From: Candidatus Latescibacterota bacterium
Lineage (GTDB): Bacteria > Latescibacterota > UBA2968 > GCA-2709665
Direction: 5' to 3'
Assembly (NCBI GenBank): GCA_965219455.1
Contig: OZ244744.1
Coordinates: forward strand, 608,001 to 672,000
Length of the DNA: 64,000 bases
Part shown: one piece after another, positions 57,227 to 64,000 of the stretch
How positions within the stretch are numbered: position 1 is the first letter of the stretch
Layout of the letters: the number at the start of each line of letters is the position of its first letter
The notes under the pieces: generated by a model
The model's input: only the letters and a program-made list of their open reading frames with translations
What the model was told of the DNA's origin: nothing
Databases searched by the model: none
Program-made: the position numbers and the translations under genes

Positions 57227-59098
57227 ATGATCAATTCAAACCGTGATCGCCATAGAACCACTTGCCTGGCACGGCTACGGACCCGGTTCAACGGCCTCGG
57301 CTACCTGATTGGAATTCTCAGGCGGAACGCGGCATTCGAATCCACGTTGCTCGTTCTGAGTAACGTTGTGTCCGGATTCGCCACACCAGTCATCGTGTGG
57401 GGGATGACGGGGCTTGTCGATGTCGTGAGCGACAGTCCGACTGACGGGTGGCCCGGCGTCCTTCCGTGGCTTGCAGCGTTCTCGGCTGCTCTGCTTATAC
57501 GGAGCGTCAACACGGAAAGCTCCAGGTATCTCGCCTCGGTAATATATCAACGGGTCGGTGGCAGAATCCAACGTGACGTAGCCAGTAAGTCGGTCAGCGT
57601 TCCGCTGAGTGCCTTCGAAAGCCGTGCGTACTATGACAAGCTGGAAACGGGTAAGCGGGCGATTGGCCCACATCTCGTTGACGTCTTGAATGAGCTCGGT
57701 TCTCTGGTATCGACTGCCGTCAGTGTGGCAGGCTTGCTGGTGCTTTTTGTTCACGCCCATTGGGCCCTGGCCGTTGTCCTTTTTGTGACGATGATCGTCA
57801 ATACGATCGTAGGCGCGAGGAACATGGGCCGGTTCGCTAGAGTCAACTACAAGAGTTCGCCGAAACGCCAGGAAATCAACTATTGGGCTGCGCTTCTGTG
57901 CAGCCGCCGCGCTGCCACCGAAGTTCGCGCGTATCAATTGGGCGAATATTTGTTGGGGTTCTGGCGACGCGCCTTTGGCCGTTACGTCGCTGACATCAGG
58001 AATGCTCGCTTTCGGCTGGCCGTTATTCAATTGTTGAGTGCCTGCGCATACGACCTCATCATTTGGACGAACAGTCTGGCGCTCGTGGTCGTGGCTTCGA
58101 GGGGAACCATAAGCGTAGGTACGTTAGTGGCTTTACTCTATGCCACCGGCCGCTTCAGCGAATTGGTGCGTTCGGCTTCGTATGGCATTTCTCAATTGGT
58201 AGAACACCTGATGCAACTGCGACACTTGCGCGAGTTTCTCGCGCTGCCAGACGAAGGTGCGGCGCCCGTTAACAAACTGCGGCCACCTCGCCCCTTGCAT
58301 CACGGAATCCGTTTTCACGGTGTGAGTTTTCGCTATCCGGGTTCGGTCCGCCCTGTCATCACCGATCTCAATATGACACTATCGCCAGGAGACCGGGTCG
58401 CCCTTGTAGGTGAGAATGGCGCGGGCAAGAGCACGATTGTGCGATTGCTGCTCGGATTGTACCAGCCGACGCAAGGCCGGATTACCGTTGACGGCGTCGA
58501 TCTCGCGGAGATGGACCTGGCGGCCTGGCGCCTGATAGCAACGGCTGTATTTCAGGATTTCATGCGTTATCCACTTACGGTTTGTGAAAATATCGGGGTC
58601 GGGCGAATTTCGTTGCTTGAAGATGGAGACCTGGGTGCCGCTGCATCTTCCGAAATCTTAGAAGCAGCACGGAGGAGTGGCGCTCATAGCTTTGTAAAAG
58701 AACTGCCTTTAAGGTTCCGGACCCTATTGAGCAAAGAATTCGACGACGGAGTCGAACTATCAACGGGCCAATGGCAACGATTAGCGATGGCTCGAGCATA
58801 CGTTCGCAAAAACCGCGAAATCGTCGTCCTGGACGAGCCGACGTCGGCATTGGACCCCAAGACAGAGGTGCAAATATATCAGCAGTTCGGATCTGTAGTC
58901 AAAGGACGATGTACCGTCTTTATCTCCCATCGATTGGGATCGGCTCGCCTCGCCAACCGAATCCTTGTCCTGAAGGAAGGTCGCCTTGTGGAGGAGGGAA
59001 CACACCAGGCATTGCTCAAGACCGACGGCGAATACGCCCGGATGTACTACCTTCAGGCGAAATGGTACACCGGGGAAGATGGAGGGAACGTGGGATGA
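57227..59098 (+). CDS. ABC exporter, fused TMD-NBD (peptide/multidrug type)
   Basis: TM domain, GENGAGKST, VFQDF, LSTGQWQR, DEPT and ISHR. Confidence 0.9.
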   Translation: MINSNRDRHRTTCLARLRTRFNGLGYLIGILRRNAAFESTLLVLSNVVSGFATPVIVWGMTGLVDVVSDSPTDGWPGVLPWLAAFSAALLIRSVNTESSRYLASVIYQRVGGRIQRDVASKSVSVPLSAFESRAYYDKLETGKRAIGPHLVDVLNELGSLVSTAVSVAGLLVLFVHAHWALAVVLFVTMIVNTIVGARNMGRFARVNYKSSPKRQEINYWAALLCSRRAATEVRAYQLGEYLLGFWRRAFGRYVADIRNARFRLAVIQLLSACAYDLIIWTNSLALVVVASRGTISVGTLVALLYATGRFSELVRSASYGISQLVEHLMQLRHLREFLALPDEGAAPVNKLRPPRPLHHGIRFHGVSFRYPGSVRPVITDLNMTLSPGDRVALVGENGAGKSTIVRLLLGLYQPTQGRITVDGVDLAEMDLAAWRLIATAVFQDFMRYPLTVCENIGVGRISLLEDGDLGAAASSEILEAARRSGAHSFVKELPLRFRTLLSKEFDDGVELSTGQWQRLAMARAYVRKNREIVVLDEPTSALDPKTEVQIYQQFGSVVKGRCTVFISHRLGSARLANRILVLKEGRLVEEGTHQALLKTDGEYARMYYLQAKWYTGEDGGNVG

Positions 59099-60897
59099 AA
59101 GCGCGTGCAATCGGACCGGAAAGACAGAAACGACAGCGTCTACTTTACTTGCGTCGGCTGATTTGGACATTCTTCGTATTCGACAGCAAGGCCGCAATTA
59201 GCCTTTTGGTACTGAATGGTTCAAGGGGACTATTCGTCACTGCCCACGTATATCTTGTATATCGGTTCATTGAGGCCGCGGCGGGAGTTGTAAGAGGCGA
59301 AATCCAATTTACCAATGCCATCCTGTGGGCCGTAGCCCTTGTCGGGCTGAACCTGCTGCAACACGGCATTAATCTGATCTCCAATACCACAGCCGATCGC
59401 TTTCAGGAGCGTCTCCGTGGCCATATTGAGGAACGATGCTATCGGAAAGTTCAAACGGTTCCCCTGGCGCAACTGGAAACGGCGGCATTCCACGACCAGT
59501 TGCAGCGCGCGCGGCGCGGCATTGAGCGGCGGCTATTCAGCACAATGTCTTTCATGTGGCGAAGCGTTAGCGACGTCGTAGCGCTTGCGTCCCTCCTGTT
59601 TTACCTGGCGAGTTTTCACTGGGCGTTACCGCTGATCCTTGCCGTTGGAACGAGTCCGGGTGTTTTCCTTCGCGAACGCGTCAACAGAGCGCGCTATTTG
59701 ATGGTACGAGACCTAACGCCCGACGAGCGACGGTTTGACGTCTACCACGAAATATTGTCGGGGCGCAACGCAGCGGCCGAAATCCGTATGTTCGGCTTCG
59801 GTGCCTGGCTGGTCGATTGTGCCGATGCATTGTGGAGAAAGCTTTCCGGCAGGCGCCTGCGCCTTGCGAAGAAGGAGGCGGGGCTCGGACTCGTATCGGA
59901 TGGTCTGAACACTGTGACCTATATTGCAGCGGTGATCTTCAGCTTGGGACTCCTCTTCGCAGGTCGAGCCACCATCGGGGCCTATGCCGCCTTTTTCTAT
60001 GCTATCGAACAGCTACAGGCACACTACCGCAGCCTCGTCTGGGGCGCATCGATCATCTACAATGACCTGCGCTATGTACAGGACTATTTCGAGTTTGTCG
60101 ATCGTCCAACGGAAGAATCGCCTAAAAGGTGCCGTATCCCAAGCACGCTGCAGGCCGGGATCGTCCTGCAGGACGTCTCGTTCATTTACCCTGGGAGCGA
60201 TATTCCGGCGCTTTCCAACCTCAATCTCAGCATTCGACCGGGCGAACGCATTGCCGTCGTGGGCGAGAACGGTGCCGGCAAGAGCACCCTGGTCAAGCTG
60301 ATTCTGGGTCTTTTTGATCCGACAAACGGGCGGATTCTGGTAGATGGGATCGATCTCCGGGAAGTCGCTCCAAACGAATGGCTCCGGCGCACGGGTGTGG
60401 TGTTTCAGGATTACAACCGCTATGAACTCACAGTAAGGGAGAATATAGCCTGCGGCTGGATGGAAGGGGAATCAGCAGCGGTTGAAGAGGCGGCCGCGAA
60501 GAGTGGCGCCGACCAGGTGGCGGAAACCCTGACTCGCGGATTGGAAACCCCGCTGGGCAAGACGTATCGACAAGGCACGGAGCTTTCCGTTGGCCAATGG
60601 CAGAAGCTCGCAATCGCCCGGGCATATATGCGCCCGGCGGACATCCTGGTTCTCGACGAGCCAGCCTCCGCACTCGATGCCAGGGCGGAAGCGGATGTAT
60701 ACAGTCACTTCGCCCGGATCGCACAAGAGCGTACTGTACTCCTGATCTCCCATCGCCTCGGCTCCTGCAGGCTTGCAGATCGAATCCTGTTGTTGGGAGA
60801 TGGTCGGTTGGTCGAGGATGGGAGTCATCGGGAGCTTGTAGCCATGAACGGTCAGTACGCTGAACTGTACCGCAATCAGGCTCGATGGTATCGTTAG
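59095..60897 (+). CDS. ABC exporter, fused TMD-NBD (second subunit)
   Basis: ATGA overlap with the previous gene; GENGAGKST, LSVGQWQK, DEPAS and ISHR. Confidence 0.9.
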   Translation: MKARAIGPERQKRQRLLYLRRLIWTFFVFDSKAAISLLVLNGSRGLFVTAHVYLVYRFIEAAAGVVRGEIQFTNAILWAVALVGLNLLQHGINLISNTTADRFQERLRGHIEERCYRKVQTVPLAQLETAAFHDQLQRARRGIERRLFSTMSFMWRSVSDVVALASLLFYLASFHWALPLILAVGTSPGVFLRERVNRARYLMVRDLTPDERRFDVYHEILSGRNAAAEIRMFGFGAWLVDCADALWRKLSGRRLRLAKKEAGLGLVSDGLNTVTYIAAVIFSLGLLFAGRATIGAYAAFFYAIEQLQAHYRSLVWGASIIYNDLRYVQDYFEFVDRPTEESPKRCRIPSTLQAGIVLQDVSFIYPGSDIPALSNLNLSIRPGERIAVVGENGAGKSTLVKLILGLFDPTNGRILVDGIDLREVAPNEWLRRTGVVFQDYNRYELTVRENIACGWMEGESAAVEEAAAKSGADQVAETLTRGLETPLGKTYRQGTELSVGQWQKLAIARAYMRPADILVLDEPASALDARAEADVYSHFARIAQERTVLLISHRLGSCRLADRILLLGDGRLVEDGSHRELVAMNGQYAELYRNQARWYR

Positions 60898-61218
60898 TGG
60901 GACAATTACCTCGCACTGGTATGTTTCGCTGCTTGCCAGGGAAGCCCAACGCCTTGAAGGCCTCCTTCAGAAACGGAACGACCACGGACGCACGGTTGGA
61001 GGAACCAAACTACGAAGAATTGGTCGACGACCGAGGACGGGATGTCACAGACCTGGTCGATGTACGCTAAGGGCAAGAAGACGATGTCTCACACCATGAC
61101 CTACCGTCGCGTGCAATAGACGAACCGTATTGCGACGCATCGCGGTCGCCGTGTCGGATTGGAGCGCCGCGCCCGAAAGGTACGACTTCCGCCGACACGG
61201 CGAAATCCCGATACACCC

Positions 61219-62607
61219 TCAATCCACAATACCGCAGGCCGCGGCCGACAGTTCGTCGTAGTAGTGCACGTAGGTTACTCCGTCGACGACCAGGCGGGCG
61301 GCATGGGGCAGGTCCTCTTCCCAGGTCATCGCCTCGCCCCAATTGTGCGGAGGGGCATCGCGCTTGCCCCAGCGGTTGCCGTTGTAACGGCGGTACAGCA
61401 CCGTGCGTCCCGCCCGGGTGATATAGGCTTCGATTACTTGTCCGCGCTCGGTGGCCTCTTTCTGGTTTCCGATGATTTCGAAGACGCGCAAGCAGGTGAA
61501 ATGCCGCCGGCCGATCTGCACGTCGAACACCCCGGCCCCGGTGATTTGGGCGGCTCCTGCCTGTGTGGCGAAGGCGCCGTCGCCTAGGGGCCGAAGGCCG
61601 CCGCGGTCCTCGACCAGCCGCGGCGTGCTGTCCCAATCCACGTAAAACCCTTCGTCGAGAAACGTCTCCAGTTCCCGTGTTCCGTCGGGGCGCAGCGATT
61701 CCACGGCGATCCACTCCACCTCGTCGTCGGCCAGATGCCCCCAGACTCGGCTCTTCTGTGCGCGGGAAGGCTTTGCGCCAATCATCTCCTCCTCCACTTC
61801 CACCTCGACACAGGGCCGTCCATGGATCACCGCCGGACGGCGTGCGGTCATCCGGACGGTTTCGGAGAGCTTCCAAGGCGCGCCGCCTTCTGTCGGCGGC
61901 TCATACAAACCCCAGGCTGCACTGTCACCCACCTCGGGCTGGATGAACCACCAGGCCATTTCCTTGAAATCGATACGGAACGGCTTCTCGTTGCTCGCCC
62001 GAATGCGTAATTCGGGCATCTGCGTCGGAAAGGCTTGTTTTGGTGTATCCATTTCGGTTCTCCTTTTCGTCGGGGTGATTCCCAGTACGTTCCGGATTCG
62101 GTCGCGGCCGTAAGAGAGGCGGCGCTTGACCGTGCCGTCGGGACAGCGGTGTCGGGCAGCGATTTCGGCAATGCTCAAACCATCGAGGTAAAACGCCCGC
62201 AACGCGGCCCGTTCACGCTCGGGCACATCGTCCATGGCCTTTACGACGGCGTTTGCGGCTTCGCGACGTCGGAATTGCGCGATGCCAAGGCGGTTGACCA
62301 GGGGCGCCAGGGCTTCGCTCCCGACGTACAGCTCCCGGCGCTGGGGCGACCGGAAGTAATCGCGGCAGCGGTTACGTGCCACCTGCAGCAACCATGGACG
62401 CATGTCGCGGGGAGTATCGCGGCGCAGGCCGCGCCAGGCGTGGACCAGGGTTTCCTGCAACACGTCCTGCACCTGTTCGCCGGAACCGATCCGGGAGCGG
62501 ATCAGCCCCGCCATGACGCGCTCGTAGCGTCGGATAAGGGTAACAAATGCGGCCTCGTTGCCCTCCCGCACCAGCTTCGCCAATTGTTGGTCGCCTTGAT
62601 TGGTCAT
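61219..62607 (-). CDS. ECF sigma factor with a ~275-aa C-terminal domain
   Basis: Sigma2 (DVLQETLVHAW, WLLQVARNRCRD) and sigma4 (LSIAEIA...GTVKRRLSYGR), followed by the extension. Confidence 0.9.
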   Translation of the reverse strand: MTNQGDQQLAKLVREGNEAAFVTLIRRYERVMAGLIRSRIGSGEQVQDVLQETLVHAWRGLRRDTPRDMRPWLLQVARNRCRDYFRSPQRRELYVGSEALAPLVNRLGIAQFRRREAANAVVKAMDDVPERERAALRAFYLDGLSIAEIAARHRCPDGTVKRRLSYGRDRIRNVLGITPTKRRTEMDTPKQAFPTQMPELRIRASNEKPFRIDFKEMAWWFIQPEVGDSAAWGLYEPPTEGGAPWKLSETVRMTARRPAVIHGRPCVEVEVEEEMIGAKPSRAQKSRVWGHLADDEVEWIAVESLRPDGTRELETFLDEGFYVDWDSTPRLVEDRGGLRPLGDGAFATQAGAAQITGAGVFDVQIGRRHFTCLRVFEIIGNQKEATERGQVIEAYITRAGRTVLYRRYNGNRWGKRDAPPHNWGEAMTWEEDLPHAARLVVDGVTYVHYYDELSAAACGIVD

Positions 62608-62648
62608 TCGAAAACCGCTGTATTATGTGCTGCACACTTCAAACGCAG

Positions 62649-63470
62649 TCACTCGCATGCCTCCGAGCGAGCAGGTTGGAGAGCAGATTCCGTGATTGTG
62701 TCATGAGCCCGCCCGGAGCAGTCATGATGCACGTACACCGTGTCGTTGATGACGATTCGGCGATTGTCCGGATACTTGACGACCAGGTCATCTTTGCGGA
62801 AAAACCTCCCATCGTATCGTCTAAAGAATACGGTCCGCCCTCCGCGTTCAATGAAGGCTTCTACAAGTTCGCCGCCATTAGGTTCAGAAAGGTCGGCGTC
62901 CAAAACGCGGAGACAACAGAAAGTATTACCGCCGATCATTACATCGTAGGTCCCCTCAACTATCCCTGTACCATTGGCAGTTTTATACGAGCCATCGGGT
63001 TGGCGTCGGTAGCGACCATCATCAACGATTCGACGGCTCATCTTTCCCCCCCAGTTCTCCTCAAACCATTTGTCACCCTCGGTTTCGAAAACCCGTCTTC
63101 CATCCAGTGTCTTGACGACGGAAAGCCACCTGGCCTGCTTTTCGTCCAGCAGTGCGTACATGAGCCCAGGGTTAAAATCCGTCGGCCAATCGTCCCGAGA
63201 CGACCATTCTCTCAATCGGAGTTCGACGCAGTCGACGTCCCGGATCTTTGCAGGCGCAGTGGACACGATCTCCTTTACCCCGGTTAACTCCAACGTGTCG
63301 GATTCATAGGATGCCCAAGAGCATCGTTCCCCCAGTCTCGGGATGGCGAACCACCACTGCAACTCCGGGCAATCGATCTCGTCTATCTTCTCAGAACTCT
63401 TGAGTATTGTAATATCGGGCCTTGTAAGGGGAAACGGATGATTTGCTATCGGATCGTTTTCGAGTATCAT
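62649..63470 (-). CDS. Hypothetical protein, stand-alone homologue of the ECF C-terminal domain
   Basis: Colinear similarity to the ECF extension (ELQWWF, CVE, FCCLRV, EAFIERGGRTVFFRRY, YVH); SD ggag. Confidence 0.82.
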   Translation of the reverse strand: MILENDPIANHPFPLTRPDITILKSSEKIDEIDCPELQWWFAIPRLGERCSWASYESDTLELTGVKEIVSTAPAKIRDVDCVELRLREWSSRDDWPTDFNPGLMYALLDEKQARWLSVVKTLDGRRVFETEGDKWFEENWGGKMSRRIVDDGRYRRQPDGSYKTANGTGIVEGTYDVMIGGNTFCCLRVLDADLSEPNGGELVEAFIERGGRTVFFRRYDGRFFRKDDLVVKYPDNRRIVINDTVYVHHDCSGRAHDTITESALQPARSEACE

Positions 63471-63644
63471 TGAGTTCTCCCCCAGATAACTTGGCGAAAC
63501 ATCAAGTCACTTCACAAGTTGCGAGATTTGTATCTGTGGCATGGCACATAACGTCCATTCGATCGCCTTTCCTCTACCCTGCAAGGCGCACGCCGACGGA
63601 TAAAGGTTCACATTTAAGGACAGATTTCCGACATTACGCGTACT

Positions 63645-63833
63645 TTGGGAAAGTCGGTGTGTGCCTCGAAGCCGGTCACCCCGTTCGACGATTTCGACAG
63701 GCTGTCCAATACGGCGGATTCCCGTATCACGGAACAACAAAAACGCAACCGTCAGCTACTGAAGACGTTGATGGAAGAGAACGGTTTTGTAAATTGCGAC
63801 AAGGAATGGTGGCACTACACGCTTTTAATTTAA
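63645..63833 (+). pseudogene. D-Ala-D-Ala dipeptidase (VanX/DdpX, M15D) C-terminal remnant
   Basis: PFDDF...NRQLLKTLMEENGFVN..KEWWHY. The N-terminal SxHxxGxAxD motif was not found. Confidence 0.75.
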
Positions 63834-63983
63834 CCCAATCCGGATACGTGCTTCAATTTCCGGTTAAAGTGAAAGAATGAGGGAATTCCGTTTACACTTC
63901 GAGCGGGTCGACAGGCGGGACTTGCGCTTCTTCGATGGAAGACCTCGCTGACGTTCGATCGGATTTAACGGAGGAACATCGTC

Positions 63984-64000
63984 ATGGAAAACGTTGCAGG
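63984..64000 (+). CDS. Possible start of a gene running off the window
   Basis: GGAGG followed by ATG GAA AAC; only 5 codons visible. Confidence 0.3.

Noticed and set aside
60898-60936. Peptide WDNYLALVCFAAC resembling an IS5-type transposase C-terminus
   Set aside because: Only 13 codons, with no TIR or other transposase sequence; could be chance.
1-64000. CRISPR array, rRNA, intact transposase or integrase
   Set aside because: No regularly spaced direct repeats, rRNA signatures, or DDE/recombinase ORFs were seen.

Overview
High-GC bacterial chromosome segment. The gene content (DFNGDG EF-hand/dockerin-like repeat protein, sulfatase, GHL10, PhyH, many small intergenic repeats) suggests an FCB-group lineage such as Latescibacterota or Gemmatimonadota; this is inference only. 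In order, the window holds: a glycolytic operon (PPi-type pfk, gap, pgk, tpiA, secG) and tRNA-Leu; catabolic genes; a PsrA-like TetR/RND efflux operon with visible promoter and operators; a BlaI / M56-DUF4837-like fusion / TlpA / TonB cluster; an HNH nuclease and an HD hydrolase; a sigma54-preceded COG3014/LpoB envelope operon; a D-amino-acid cluster ending in a small 'RLKSLGYL' protein and a sulfotransferase; mdh; pyrF; rnpB; RNase HI; tRNA-Val and tRNA-Glu; and an accessory region with two ABC exporters, an extended ECF sigma factor and a vanX/ddpX remnant. Main observations: (1) tlpA has an in-frame TGA directly after its membrane anchor, followed by a SECIS-like hairpin, so it is a candidate selenoprotein; (2) helix P3 of RNase P RNA is built from a collapsed copy of a MITE found intact at 43.7 kb; (3) the ECF sigma factor has an internal RBS at the boundary of an uncharacterised C-terminal domain, and a free-standing paralogue of that domain is encoded next to it; (4) pgk appears to start at ATA. 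All calls come from manual motif recognition; no database searches were run.
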